NCBI GenBank assembly: GCA_965222605.1
Contig: OZ244960.1
Span: 4,640,001-4,704,000, forward strand
Length of the DNA: 64,000 nucleotides
Direction: 5' to 3'
Source: Candidatus Latescibacterota bacterium
GTDB taxonomy: Bacteria; Latescibacterota; UBA2968
Shown one piece after another: positions 49,066 to 59,729 of the stretch (position 1 is the first letter of the stretch; each line of letters begins with the position of its first letter). The position numbers and the translations under genes were made by a program. The notes below the pieces were generated by a model. The model was not told where the DNA came from and ran no database searches. It saw only the letters and a list, made by a program, of their open reading frames with translations.

Positions 49066-50340
49066 TCAATAAAGCGCGTTTAAGACGTCGAAATACGTCG
49101 GAAATGTTTTGTTGACGCAGTCGGGGTCGTTGATGACAATGCCAGGGATTTTCAGTCCGATCAGCGATAGGCTCATCGCCATGCGGTGATCGTCGTACGT
49201 GTCGAGTGCGGTGGGTTGGATGTGGTCTGCTGGATAGACTGTGAGGCCATCGGTACGGGTATCAACGCGCACGCCGAGCGTGTTCAGTTCGGTTTTGAGT
49301 GCGGCGATGCGATCGGTTTCATGGATGCGGAGGACGGCCACATTGTGTATGCTGATTGGGGCAGAGGCAAATGGGGCTATCGCGCATAAGGTTGGCACGA
49401 TGTCGGGCGTGGCGTTCATGTCGATGTCGAGGCCCGACAGGCGGCCCGTACCGCGCACTTCAATGCCTTCGGGATCTTTGCTCACGTCACAGCCCATTTG
49501 GGATAGGATATCGACAAAGCCGATGTCGCCTTGAATGGATTGCGCCGTTAAATTGTGTACGCGCACGCGACCGCGGGTAAGTGCGGCTGCGGCAAAAAAA
49601 TAAGAGGCGTTGGATGCATCGGGTTCGATCTGGTAGGTGCGGGAATGATATCGCTGGCCTGCGCGCACTGTGAAAGAGCGATAATTATTATTGGTGACTT
49701 CAATCCCAAAGTCGCGCATGACGGCAATAGTGAGATCGATATACGGTTTGGATACGAGGTCGCCTTTGACGTGGATTTCGACATCGGTTTGGGCGTAGGA
49801 AGCCACTTGAAGCAGAGCCGTGAAATATTGGCTGCTTTTGTTGCCCTTCATGGTGGTGCGGCCGCCTTTGAAGCCAGAGGCGACGATGAGCGCGGGTGGG
49901 CATAGCCCGTCCTTGCCTTCACAACGCGCGGTTACGCCGAGGGGGGTGAGGCCGTCGAGGAGGTCCTGGATGGGCCGCTCGCGCATCCGTTCGGCGCCGT
50001 CTATGGTATAGGTTCCAGTGCCCAGGCCGAGATATGCCGCGAGAAAGCGCGCTGAGGTGCCGGAGTTGCCAATGTGGAGTTTTGCGTGATCAGCGGGAAT
50101 AAGCCCACCTGTGCCATAGACGCGAAATGCGGCCTCTGATGCTTCTACACGAATGCCCAGGTCGCGCAGAGCATTTGCCATATACCGGGTATCGTCGCTC
50201 ATGAGTGCGTTGTTGAGATGACTGACGCCATCTGCAAGCGCGGCAATTAGCAGAACGCGGTTGGTGATGCTTTTGGAACCCGGAATAGCAATATCTGCAT
50301 CGACAGGGGCTGTCATGGGTTGAATTTCAAGAGTTTTCAT
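49066..50340 (-). CDS. aroA: EPSP synthase
   Basis: PGSKSITNR, GNSGTSARF, SSQY, HETDRI, DDHRMAM. Confidence 0.96.
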   Translation of the reverse strand: MKTLEIQPMTAPVDADIAIPGSKSITNRVLLIAALADGVSHLNNALMSDDTRYMANALRDLGIRVEASEAAFRVYGTGGLIPADHAKLHIGNSGTSARFLAAYLGLGTGTYTIDGAERMRERPIQDLLDGLTPLGVTARCEGKDGLCPPALIVASGFKGGRTTMKGNKSSQYFTALLQVASYAQTDVEIHVKGDLVSKPYIDLTIAVMRDFGIEVTNNNYRSFTVRAGQRYHSRTYQIEPDASNASYFFAAAALTRGRVRVHNLTAQSIQGDIGFVDILSQMGCDVSKDPEGIEVRGTGRLSGLDIDMNATPDIVPTLCAIAPFASAPISIHNVAVLRIHETDRIAALKTELNTLGVRVDTRTDGLTVYPADHIQPTALDTYDDHRMAMSLSLIGLKIPGIVINDPDCVNKTFPTYFDVLNALY

Positions 50341-50567
50341 AGGTATGAAAATAAATGAAAAATGAGTCATGCACAAGTTTCCCTGTCGGTGTTTTTTCGA
50401 TGCCCTGTTCTAATGGCGCGTACGCACATTCACACCCTGCCATTCTGTCGCTTGATTTTTCTCGCGTCCCGTTTTAGATTAGAGTTCATAAACTTCTCTC
50501 TCATTCCCCTTCGCGGATCCCTCTCCTGCACTCGGGGTCAAGTCAGGCCTTTGATTGCATCCGTTTT

Positions 50568-50598
50568 TATTTGTGTTCATCTGTGTTTATCTGTGGTT
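50568..50598 (+). repeat. Imperfect 10-mer tandem repeat (TATCTGTGTT-like)
   Basis: TATTTGTGTT-CATCTGTGTT-TATCTGTGGTT upstream of dnaE. Confidence 0.5.
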
Positions 50599-50650
50599 GC
50601 TTTTTCTCGAGATGCCCTCCCCCAACATCTCCATTTACGGGAGCGTGTTG

Positions 50651-53600
50651 ATGAAATCCTCTGACTTTGTCCATTTGCACAGCCATACTATGTACAGCCT
50701 GCTCGATGGCGCGTCCAGAATAGAAGATATTGCCCAGGTAGCCGCCGAATGGGGCATGCCTGCGGTTGCGATGACCGATCACGGCAATCTTTTTGGCGCT
50801 ATTGATTTTTATCGCGCGATGAGAAATGTAGGTGTCAATCCGATTATCGGGTGCGAGGTGTATTGCGCGATTGGGAGCCGATTTGACAGAAAATCTGCGG
50901 CGGGTCTTCAGGGCAGTTCAAACCATCTGGTTTTGCTGGTAAAAAATTATACGGGCTATAAAAATCTGATCAAGCTGGTGTCTGCGGGGTATCTCGAGGG
51001 TTTTTATTACAATCCGCGTATAGATAAAGACTTGTTGCGCCAGCATTCGGAAGGGCTGATTTGCCTGTCGGCGTGTGTCGGGGGCGAGATCCCCTATTTG
51101 ATCGAACGCGAGGGATACACGGCGGCGCAAAAGGCCGTGGAAACGTATCTCGATATTTTCGGCGATGATTATTATTTAGAGATTCAGCGGCACGGTATTG
51201 ATAAAGAAAAAAAGATCAATCCCGGATTGGTCAAGTTGCACAAGGAGATGGGGGTGCCCCTGGTGGCGACGAATGATTCGCATTTTACGCGCGCCGAAGA
51301 TCACGAAGCGCATGCGGCTCTGGTCGCTATTCAGACGGGCAAGACATTGGACGATCCCAAGCGCCTGTGTTATCCCGAGGGCGTGTATTTTAAGTCGGCA
51401 GAAGAGATGTACGAGCTGTTTCAAGATATGCCGCATGTTTTGGAACCCACGCTCGAGATTGCCGAAAAATGCAATCTGGAGATTTCATTTGACGAGTACC
51501 GCGCGCCCGATTTTCCCTTGCCAGAGAGTTATGAGTCGGCCAGCGATTATCTGGGTGATCTGGCGCGCGAGGGCATGGAGGCGCGGTGTAAATCTGTGAC
51601 TTCTGAGCATGAGGAACGCCTGAAGTTCGAGTTGGGCGTGATCGATCAGACGGGATATCCGGGCTATTTTTTAATTTTGCACGATGTGGTGCAGTTTTCC
51701 AATGCCTCTGGCATCCGCGCAGGCGCGCGCGGGTCTGCGGTGAGCAGCCTGGTGGCTTATGCGCTGGGTATTACAGCTGTGGATCCCATTGAATACGGGC
51801 TGGTGTTTGAGCGGTTTTTGAATCCCGAGCGCATCTCGCCGCCCGATATTGATCTCGACATTGCCGACCGCGACCGCGAGCAGGTCATCGATTACGTGGT
51901 GCAAAAATACGGGCGCGACAATGTGTGTCAGGTCATTACGTTTGGGACAATGGGTGCAAAGGGCGTGATCCGCGATGTGGGGCGGGTGTTGGACCGGCCA
52001 TTTGCAGAAGTCGATAAAATTTCAAAACTGGTGCCCTCAGAATTGAAGGTGACGCTCGATAAAGCACTCGATCAGGTGCCCGAGTTGCGTCAGATTGCAG
52101 AAGATGGGGGTACGGGCCAAAAGATGATCGGCATTGGAAAGCAACTCGAAGGTCTGGCGCGCCATGCGTCGATTCACGCGGCTGCGGTGGTGATCACGCC
52201 CGAGCCTGTGACCGAATTTATGCCTGTTTACAAAGCGCCCAAAGGCGGCGAGGTGATGACGCAGTACAATATGCACCATGTGGAAGACCTGGGCTTTTTG
52301 AAGATAGATTTTTTGGGAATTCGCAATCTGACGGTGATTGACGATGCTGTGAAGATGGTGAAGGAAAATTACGGCGTGGATGTGGATGTGGATAATTTGC
52401 CTTTGGACGATGAGGCGACCTATCGCCTGTTTGGCCGGGGCGATACGACCGGGATATTCCAGTTTGAGAGCGGGGGGATGAAGGGCTATTTGCAACAACT
52501 GCAGCCGGATACGATTGGCGATATTATTGCGATGAACGCGCTTTATCGCCCGGGACCGATGCAGTACATTCCCAATTACATCAATCGCAAGCACGGGCGA
52601 GAGGAAGTGACATATAACGACGAGAAGATGCGCCCGGCCCTGGAAGAGACGTACGGCATTATTACTTACCAGGAGCAAGTGCAGCGCCTGTGCCGCGACC
52701 TGGCCGGATTTACACTTGCCAAAGCCGATGGTATCCGCAAAGCCATGGGAAAAAAATTGGCCGATGTTATGGAACAGTATCGGCTCGAATTTTTAGAGGG
52801 TGCCAGTGCCAATGGCGTTAAAAAAGTGGTTGCACAACAGATATGGCGAGATATCGAGGTTTTCTCGGGCTACGGGTTCAACAAAGCGCACAGTTCGGGC
52901 TATTCGATGGTGGCTTATCAGTGCGCGTATCTCAAGGCACATTATCCAGCCGAATTTATGGCGGCGAACCTCAACAGTGAAATTGGCAATATTGAGCGTC
53001 TGGTCGTTCTGGTTGAAGAATGCCGACGGATGGATCTGGACGTATTGCCTCCGGATGTGAATGAGGGGCAGGTCGATTTTGTGGCTGTCAAGAACGAGAT
53101 CCGGATGGGTATGGCTGCCATTCGCAATGTGGGGCGCAGCGCGGTTCAAGCGATTGTTGCAGCGCGTGAAGCAGATGGCCCTTTTGAGTCGCTATTTGAT
53201 TTTTGCGACCGCGTGGATTCTCAGGCTGTGAACAGGCGGTGTATTGAAAGTCTGATTAAAGCCGGTGCTTATGATTGCGTGTCCGGTCATCGCGCGCAGT
53301 TGCTCAATGCCTTAGATCGCGCACTGGAGATGGCGCAATCTGTACAGATGGATCGCGCGCGCGGGCAAATTTCCATGTTTGAAATGGCCGAGATGCAAAC
53401 GCAGGTGGTAAATGACCGCTCGTTGCCCGATGTTGAGGAATGGACCGAGCGCGAACGCCTCGCATACGAAAAAGATATGCTGGGCTTTTATCTTTCGGGG
53501 CATCCGCTGGAACGCTACAGAACCGATTTGGCGGGAATGGGGATGCGGTCGGTAAATGATCTGGAGGGATTGCCCGATGGCGCTGAGGTGCAGATTGGGG

Positions 53601-54157
53601 GCGTGTTGACCGAGGTCAAACCGCATACGACGCGCAATGGCCAGCCCATGGCTTTTGGCACGCTGGAAGATTTGAACGGCACGGTTGACCTGGTGGTGTT
53701 TTCCGATAATTTTGAAAAATTGCGCGAGCAACTGCTGGTCGATGAAATGGTGGTTTTGCAAGGTCGGTTTTCTGCACGCAATGGCCGGTCTTCGGTGCAG
53801 GTTGAAAATGTGATGCCCATTGAGCAGGCGCGCGAACAATTGGCCGATACCGTCAATGTGTTGTTGCCCGGCGATTTAATTCGGATGGAACGACTTAAGT
53901 CTTTGCATACCGTGTGTCTGAAACATCCGGGCGACTGTCAGTTGCGGTTGCATCTGAAATTGGAGCGCGACCATTCCACTGTTGTCCTGTCCCGCCAGGT
54001 TCAAGTGTTGCCTTCCGATGCCCTGTTGCGCGAAATTGCCGAACTCACGGGCGGCAGGGCCAATGCATGGGTATCGACCGAGGCGGGGCGTGCCCGACGC
54101 GCAGCGAGACGCCAATCCGATGATCTGGTCCTGGAGGGCGGACTTGTAACGGCGTGA
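50651..54157 (+). CDS. dnaE: DNA polymerase III alpha subunit
   Basis: PHP HLHSHTMYSLLDG, PDIDLD, YGFNKAHS, QISMF clamp motif, OB fold. Confidence 0.98.
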   Translation: MKSSDFVHLHSHTMYSLLDGASRIEDIAQVAAEWGMPAVAMTDHGNLFGAIDFYRAMRNVGVNPIIGCEVYCAIGSRFDRKSAAGLQGSSNHLVLLVKNYTGYKNLIKLVSAGYLEGFYYNPRIDKDLLRQHSEGLICLSACVGGEIPYLIEREGYTAAQKAVETYLDIFGDDYYLEIQRHGIDKEKKINPGLVKLHKEMGVPLVATNDSHFTRAEDHEAHAALVAIQTGKTLDDPKRLCYPEGVYFKSAEEMYELFQDMPHVLEPTLEIAEKCNLEISFDEYRAPDFPLPESYESASDYLGDLAREGMEARCKSVTSEHEERLKFELGVIDQTGYPGYFLILHDVVQFSNASGIRAGARGSAVSSLVAYALGITAVDPIEYGLVFERFLNPERISPPDIDLDIADRDREQVIDYVVQKYGRDNVCQVITFGTMGAKGVIRDVGRVLDRPFAEVDKISKLVPSELKVTLDKALDQVPELRQIAEDGGTGQKMIGIGKQLEGLARHASIHAAAVVITPEPVTEFMPVYKAPKGGEVMTQYNMHHVEDLGFLKIDFLGIRNLTVIDDAVKMVKENYGVDVDVDNLPLDDEATYRLFGRGDTTGIFQFESGGMKGYLQQLQPDTIGDIIAMNALYRPGPMQYIPNYINRKHGREEVTYNDEKMRPALEETYGIITYQEQVQRLCRDLAGFTLAKADGIRKAMGKKLADVMEQYRLEFLEGASANGVKKVVAQQIWRDIEVFSGYGFNKAHSSGYSMVAYQCAYLKAHYPAEFMAANLNSEIGNIERLVVLVEECRRMDLDVLPPDVNEGQVDFVAVKNEIRMGMAAIRNVGRSAVQAIVAAREADGPFESLFDFCDRVDSQAVNRRCIESLIKAGAYDCVSGHRAQLLNALDRALEMAQSVQMDRARGQISMFEMAEMQTQVVNDRSLPDVEEWTERERLAYEKDMLGFYLSGHPLERYRTDLAGMGMRSVNDLEGLPDGAEVQIGGVLTEVKPHTTRNGQPMAFGTLEDLNGTVDLVVFSDNFEKLREQLLVDEMVVLQGRFSARNGRSSVQVENVMPIEQAREQLADTVNVLLPGDLIRMERLKSLHTVCLKHPGDCQLRLHLKLERDHSTVVLSRQVQVLPSDALLREIAELTGGRANAWVSTEAGRARRAARRQSDDLVLEGGLVTA

Positions 54158-54194
54158 TGAGAGGCGGAAAATAGACACAGATATATGCAAAGAT

Positions 54195-54228
54195 AAAAGG
54201 CGAGAGGCCATCCGGCCTCTCGCCTTTT
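54195..54228. terminator. Bidirectional terminator between dnaE and rodA
   Basis: AAAAGGCGAGAGGCC-ATCC-GGCCTCTCGCCTTTT. Confidence 0.85.
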
Positions 54229-54234
54229 GCGTTG

Positions 54235-54268
54235 AACTGGTCTGGAAAACGACCAGTTGTACACCGTT
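54235..54268. repeat. Dispersed palindromic element, copy 2
   Basis: AACTGGTCTGGAAAACGACCAGTTGTACACCGTT, see 18071-18099. Confidence 0.75.
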
Positions 54269-54290
54269 CTACCTCTCACGTTTCACGCCT

Positions 54291-55511
54291 TTAATAATCC
54301 TCATATCTATTGGCATAAATGTTGAGCAACAGACCAATGAGAACCATATTTGTGATGAGGGTGGAACCTCCGTAGCTCAGGAAGGGCAACGGAAGGCCCG
54401 TGACGGGCATAATGCCGATGGTCATGCCGATGTTGACAAAAATGTGGAAGAGGAGAATAGTCGCCAGACCAATAGCGGTCAAGCTGGAGAAACGGTTTTT
54501 GGTCTGTACGGCAATGGACAAGGCGCGCCATAAGATGAATATAAACAATGCCAGAACAAAAAAGGCACCGAGAAACCCAAATTCTTCGCATATAACGGCA
54601 AAGATAAAGTCGGTGTGTTGTTCGGGTAAAAAGGCGAGTTTGGTTTGTGTGCCTTCCAAAAGCCCCTTGCCCGTGAGGCCGCCAGATCCAATGGCGATTT
54701 TGGACTGAATGACCTGATAACCCGCGCCGAGTTTGTCCATATCGGGGTCGAGAAAGGTGAGGATGCGGCGTTTTTGGTAGTCGTGGAGTTTGTTTTCCCA
54801 CACAAAAGGCGCTATAACAGCGACCGCGAGATTGGCCAATAGCAAGATGCTTGCAGTGAATAAGCGGGGGCGTTCAAAGAAAAGGATACCAATGAGCAGG
54901 AGTACCATCGCAACCAGCATCCAGGGGTGAAAAGCACATATCAGGGTGAGGGCAGGAGTGACTAAAAAGAATAGATGCATGGGTCTGGCACCAGCCCAGA
55001 AGTACATGGGCAGGATGAGGATGCTAAAAACCAGAGCAGTGCCCAGGTCGGGTTGCTTAAAGACGAGCAAGATGGGCACGAGAACGAGCAACAGAGGCGG
55101 GATAAAGGAACGTGCGCGGGTCAGGTCGCGGTTGGGATAGGCCAAAAAGCGCGCGAGTACCAGGACGGTCGTTATTTTGGCGAATTCAGAAGGCTGTATG
55201 TGAATGGGGCCAATGTTGAACCAGCGCCGGTCACCCAATTCGAGAACCAGTATCAAAAGTGCAACCGTCAGGCCGTAGAGGACATACGCAAAGGCATAAA
55301 AAAGTTTGAGGGGAATGACCATGGTGATGACCATGACAATAAACCCGAGCAATGCCCAGATAATTTGCTTTTCATAAATGTTGCCAGCCAGGCCCAGATC
55401 CCAATTGTAGCTGGCACTGTATATGGTGGTAATGCCCACACCAATGCCCAGGCATATTGCCGTGAATAGGCCGATGTCGAGGTCTCGTCGGACAAATTGA
55501 GAGATATTCAC
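54291..55511 (-). CDS. rodA: Rod shape-determining SEDS transglycosylase
   Basis: IQPSEFAK, QPDLGT, GYQVIQSKIAIGSGG, PEQHTDFIF, SYGGS. Confidence 0.95.
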   Translation of the reverse strand: MNISQFVRRDLDIGLFTAICLGIGVGITTIYSASYNWDLGLAGNIYEKQIIWALLGFIVMVITMVIPLKLFYAFAYVLYGLTVALLILVLELGDRRWFNIGPIHIQPSEFAKITTVLVLARFLAYPNRDLTRARSFIPPLLLVLVPILLVFKQPDLGTALVFSILILPMYFWAGARPMHLFFLVTPALTLICAFHPWMLVAMVLLLIGILFFERPRLFTASILLLANLAVAVIAPFVWENKLHDYQKRRILTFLDPDMDKLGAGYQVIQSKIAIGSGGLTGKGLLEGTQTKLAFLPEQHTDFIFAVICEEFGFLGAFFVLALFIFILWRALSIAVQTKNRFSSLTAIGLATILLFHIFVNIGMTIGIMPVTGLPLPFLSYGGSTLITNMVLIGLLLNIYANRYEDY

Positions 55512-55533
55512 AACTACCTCAGAAAATGAGAGG

Positions 55534-57405
55534 TTACCGGTTATTGACCACAAATAATTCGTTGGTGCGTTTTTGCTTTGGCACCGCGTGTTCAAAATAG
55601 GCTTCAAGCGTTTTTTGTGCAATAGGCGCGGCCACTGCGCCTCCCGAACCGCCGTTTTCGACAATTACGGCAATGGCAATACGCGGATTTTCAGCCGGTG
55701 CATAAGCGACAAACCAGGCGTGGTCTTCACCGTGAGGATTTTGTGCGGTGCCCGTTTTTCCCGCAACGACAATATCGGGTAAACGGGCGCGACGGCCTGT
55801 GCCGCCTGGGCTGTTGACCACATCTATCATTATGCTTCGCACTGTTTTAATGACCTCTTTTGAAATGGGTAGCGACGTGGTTCCACCCTGTGTGCCTTTG
55901 ATCACATGCGGGGTGGGTAGCTGACCGGTCGCCAGTGCACTCGTATAGCGCACGGCTTGAATGGGCGTTGTCAGGAGTTCCCCCTGTCCAATGGTCAGGT
56001 TGAGCATATTGCCCCCAGCCCAGAAGCCGTGCCTTTGTTTGTAATAGGCGCGGTCGGGCAGCAGACCGCGTGCTTCACCCTCGCCTCCCGAAGCGATGTC
56101 GATATTTGTCAATTCACCAAATTCGAACATAGCGGCATAATGATGCCAGTTTTCAATGCCCACTTTGAGGCCGAGTTGATAAAAGAATACATCACACGAT
56201 TTTACGAGTGCTTGCCGCATGTTGATATATCCGCAGCCTTTTTTGTTGTGACATCTAAACCGGCGATTGCCAAAAAACATGCCTCCCATGCATGGTCGCA
56301 AGCGATATTCATCGGCTTTGATTATGCCCATGTCCAAAGCGGCGATTGATGTTATCATTTTGAATACCGAAGCGGGTGGATATTCGCCCTGAAGGCTGCG
56401 ATTGAGCAAGGGTTTGGATGGGTCTGTTTGCAAAAGCTGCCACGCTTTGGGGTCTCGGATAGATCGCGGGTGAAATCCGGGTTTGCTGACTATGGCGATG
56501 ATTTCGCCAGACTGCGGGTGCATCGCTACGAGGCTGCCGCGCATGCTGTCTGCAAAGGCGTGTTCGGCTGCATGTTGCACGCGCCAGTCGATTGTGAGCC
56601 ACAAATCTTCGCCGGGAATGGAGGGGTCTGTTTTTTCGGGAAAACTGCCCACTTCGCGTCCCTTGGCATTCACTTCGATGTATCTGACGCCCTTAAGGCC
56701 CCGCATTCGGTCTTCAAACATACGCTCAAGGCCTCGTTTTCCAATGCGGTTATCGTAGCGATATCCTTCCGTTTTCAGGCGAGAATATTGCGATGCGTTG
56801 ATCAGCCCGATATAGCCCAAAGTATGAGGTGCTAAGGGAAAGTATCTACTGACGTTGTGCTGCACGTGCGAAAATTCGGTGGATACCGCCGAGGGGTTGT
56901 CAAAGATGGGATAGCCCCTGCGAGGTTCGATTTGGATTTCTACACCGGGGAAATCATAGCGGTTTTCCTCGATAATGGAAACGGCTTCAAAGTCAACATC
57001 GAGTTTGAGGTTGACCGGATCGTAAAAGTACCGGTTAGGCGATTGCAATTTTTTTGTTATGGTTTCACAGGGTAGATCTACAATGTGCCCGAGGCGTTCG
57101 AGAAGCCCATTGCATTTGCCTTCTTCAATATTTGCCAAAAAGCGAGGGGGAATGACCGAGATGTTATAAGACGGTCTGTTATCGACCAAAATGATACCAT
57201 TGCGATCGCGGATCAGGCCGCGATTGGCCTGGATGATGACGGGCTGCATGGTATTTTTTTCAGATTGGATGCGATACTGTTCCCATTCGGCAATCTGCAA
57301 CATATAGAGGCGGATGCCCAACATGCCAAAGAGAAACGCGATTACGCCTAAAAGAATGCGTGCGCGATGTGTTCGGATGCCGTTATGTGTGAAGTCATTC
57401 TGCAT
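55534..57405 (-). CDS. mrdA: Penicillin-binding protein 2
   Basis: RGLIRDRNG, SVFK, SCD, GKTGTAQ; between mreD and rodA. Confidence 0.95.
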   Translation of the reverse strand: MQNDFTHNGIRTHRARILLGVIAFLFGMLGIRLYMLQIAEWEQYRIQSEKNTMQPVIIQANRGLIRDRNGIILVDNRPSYNISVIPPRFLANIEEGKCNGLLERLGHIVDLPCETITKKLQSPNRYFYDPVNLKLDVDFEAVSIIEENRYDFPGVEIQIEPRRGYPIFDNPSAVSTEFSHVQHNVSRYFPLAPHTLGYIGLINASQYSRLKTEGYRYDNRIGKRGLERMFEDRMRGLKGVRYIEVNAKGREVGSFPEKTDPSIPGEDLWLTIDWRVQHAAEHAFADSMRGSLVAMHPQSGEIIAIVSKPGFHPRSIRDPKAWQLLQTDPSKPLLNRSLQGEYPPASVFKMITSIAALDMGIIKADEYRLRPCMGGMFFGNRRFRCHNKKGCGYINMRQALVKSCDVFFYQLGLKVGIENWHHYAAMFEFGELTNIDIASGGEGEARGLLPDRAYYKQRHGFWAGGNMLNLTIGQGELLTTPIQAVRYTSALATGQLPTPHVIKGTQGGTTSLPISKEVIKTVRSIMIDVVNSPGGTGRRARLPDIVVAGKTGTAQNPHGEDHAWFVAYAPAENPRIAIAVIVENGGSGGAVAAPIAQKTLEAYFEHAVPKQKRTNELFVVNNR

Positions 57406-57874
57406 GGGGTTCAATATTGAGAAGTGAGAAATGGGTGAGGACAAATGATAATGCCGTGCCCAACGCGGCTGTGTAAAGACTTGTGCCTAATCCGATACTC
57501 AAAATTTTGATCGGTTGCAAAGCAACGAGAAAAAAAATAATATCGTGTAAAAGTGTCGCTAATAATAAAATGGCGGCCTGTGCTCGCAGGGTTTCTGCGG
57601 CGATACCCCCGCGGGTATAACCCGCAAAAAACCCAATCAGACTGTTGGCAAGGGCATTGGTGCCCAAACGCGTACCGGAGTCGTATATGTCGATGACCAA
57701 TCCCGATATAAAACCCAGCACCGTTGCTTCAATTTGCCCCCGGGTAAAGGCAATAAAAACCAGTATGATGATGACGATATCCGGCGCGATGCCGTAAATG
57801 GCGAGGCTATCGATCCAGGATGCCTGGAGAAGTAGTGACAAAAAAATGAACACAATATTGCGGGCGATAATCAT
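57395..57874 (-). CDS. mreD: Rod shape-determining protein MreD
   Basis: Polytopic, PDIVII, GFISGLVIDI, LGTNAL; overlaps mrdA start. Confidence 0.85.
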   Translation of the reverse strand: MIIARNIVFIFLSLLLQASWIDSLAIYGIAPDIVIIILVFIAFTRGQIEATVLGFISGLVIDIYDSGTRLGTNALANSLIGFFAGYTRGGIAAETLRAQAAILLLATLLHDIIFFLVALQPIKILSIGLGTSLYTAALGTALSFVLTHFSLLNIEPHAE

Positions 57875-57886
57875 GCTGACCGTTTA

Positions 57887-59716
57887 TTAATCCGCAATTT
57901 CCCTGACGCGAATGCGGGTACCGGGCCGCAAGCGCGAAGGACTTCGAATGTCATTCCAGGATTGCAGGGCTGCTACACTGGTATCAAAGGCACGCGCAAT
58001 GCCCCACAGGGTATCGCCCGTGCGTACTGTATAAAAGATAGGAGATTCCGATGTCCCATCTTTGGGTACCCACAATGTGAGGCGGTCGCCCGGGTGAATG
58101 GGACGATTGGTATCCAGATTGTTCCACGCGCGCAGGTGTGAAACCGTGATGCCTTTTCGTCTGGCTATGTCCCATAAGGTATCACCTGTACGTACCGTGA
58201 CATTGATCTGACGGTAGTGTTTGGAGTCGGGCCTCTGGTCAATATTTTTTATTTGAAGTACTGGGCGCGCCTGTGTTGCAGCAGACAGGCGTCGGGCGTG
58301 GGGATACATTGGAATGCTGAGTTTCTGACCGATTTGCAGGCGGCGAGGGTTGGTGATGCCATTGGCTGCCTGTAGATCGGTTGGCGATACTCCCACGCGG
58401 TATGCAATGCTCGATAAGGTATCGCCGCGTTTGACCACGTAGTCGATGAGTTGGATTTTTTTATGTGCTGGTATTTGGGCGTAATTGGCTCTAAATTTCG
58501 CGCCTGCTCCCTTTGGTACGCGCAAATTATAGGCGTTTCGCCGCATGGCAGGCGGTGTATATGGACGGCGCAGTTCGGGATTGAGTTGTTTCAGCCAGGT
58601 ATAGGTAGTGCCCGCACATTGCGCTGCCAAACGCAGGTTCACAGGTTCTGTTAAGGCGACTTTGTCATAGGACATGGGAGGTTGATAGACAACATCTTCA
58701 AAACCAAAAAAAGCGGGGTCTTTGGCGATGATGACAGCAGCCATAAACTTGGGTACGTGATTGCGGGTTTCTCTGGGCAGCGCGTCAATTTTCCAAAAGT
58801 CTCGGGTTTTAGATCTTGCAATGGCGCGATCCATCCGACCCTGCCCACAGTTGTAGGCCGCGACAACCAGACGCCAATCTCCAAAGTATTCGTACAGGTG
58901 ATTGAGATGTCGCGCCGCAGCATGTGTGGATTTTTCGGGGTTCATGCGATCGTCGATATAGGTGTTGCGCCGCAGGCCATAGAGCAAGCCAGTGCGGTAC
59001 ATAAATTGCCACATGCCCAGGGCGTATGCACGCGAGAGTGCGCGGGGATTAAATCCGCTTTCGATCATGGCTTTGTACGCGAGGTCCAAAGGCAGGCCCT
59101 GTTCGCGGAAAACTGTCTGGATCATGGGCAAATAGGCGGTGGAGCGAGACAGACTGCGTTGAAAAAAGTCGCGCTTTTCCGTGCGGAAATATTGGATATA
59201 CGCTATGACTTCAGGCGTGAGGTCAATGGGTATATCAGCTTGTCCTGCCAGCGTTCTCATTTTGAGTTCTCGATAGTGCGGATGATACAACAAGTCGGCA
59301 ACCACAGGTTCGGGAAGGGCATTGAGCAGAGTTGCCAGTGGCGCATGCGGCGGTATAGGCTCACGGGGTAGAATCGCGTGATAGCGTTCGAGTGTGAAAC
59401 GCATCAGCGCGGCCCATTTGGAGGCCGTTTCCGGTTCGGAAATAAAACGCTGGCGCAGCATGAGAGATGCCGTATCGAGCAAAGCTCGTACGCGATGAGA
59501 TTGGGATTCGACAGCGGCGTTTTGCAGCAGGTCGTAAAGACGGTCACCCGTGGGTTCTATCTCTTCTATCACCACAGGCTTTATTTGTATAATTGGTTCT
59601 ACAACTTTTGGTACAGTTACGGGTTCAGGGGCAGGTGCGGGTGCAAGGGGAGTGCGTGCGGTGGTTGCACAACCGCCAAAAATTAAAGCTGCAATAAGAC
59701 ACAAGTTATACCGCAT
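57887..59716 (-). CDS. mltD: MltD-type lytic transglycosylase with 3 LysM domains
   Basis: IESGFNP, GMWQFM, AAYNCG, ETRNHVPK, three V..GDTL repeats; lipobox-like FGGC. Confidence 0.88.
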   Translation of the reverse strand: MRYNLCLIAALIFGGCATTARTPLAPAPAPEPVTVPKVVEPIIQIKPVVIEEIEPTGDRLYDLLQNAAVESQSHRVRALLDTASLMLRQRFISEPETASKWAALMRFTLERYHAILPREPIPPHAPLATLLNALPEPVVADLLYHPHYRELKMRTLAGQADIPIDLTPEVIAYIQYFRTEKRDFFQRSLSRSTAYLPMIQTVFREQGLPLDLAYKAMIESGFNPRALSRAYALGMWQFMYRTGLLYGLRRNTYIDDRMNPEKSTHAAARHLNHLYEYFGDWRLVVAAYNCGQGRMDRAIARSKTRDFWKIDALPRETRNHVPKFMAAVIIAKDPAFFGFEDVVYQPPMSYDKVALTEPVNLRLAAQCAGTTYTWLKQLNPELRRPYTPPAMRRNAYNLRVPKGAGAKFRANYAQIPAHKKIQLIDYVVKRGDTLSSIAYRVGVSPTDLQAANGITNPRRLQIGQKLSIPMYPHARRLSAATQARPVLQIKNIDQRPDSKHYRQINVTVRTGDTLWDIARRKGITVSHLRAWNNLDTNRPIHPGDRLTLWVPKDGTSESPIFYTVRTGDTLWGIARAFDTSVAALQSWNDIRSPSRLRPGTRIRVREIAD

Positions 59717-59729
59717 GGCAGTCTTCGCG

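Noticed and set aside
50651-54157. Intein or split in dnaE
   Set aside because: Length and motif spacing are ordinary; no intein motifs seen
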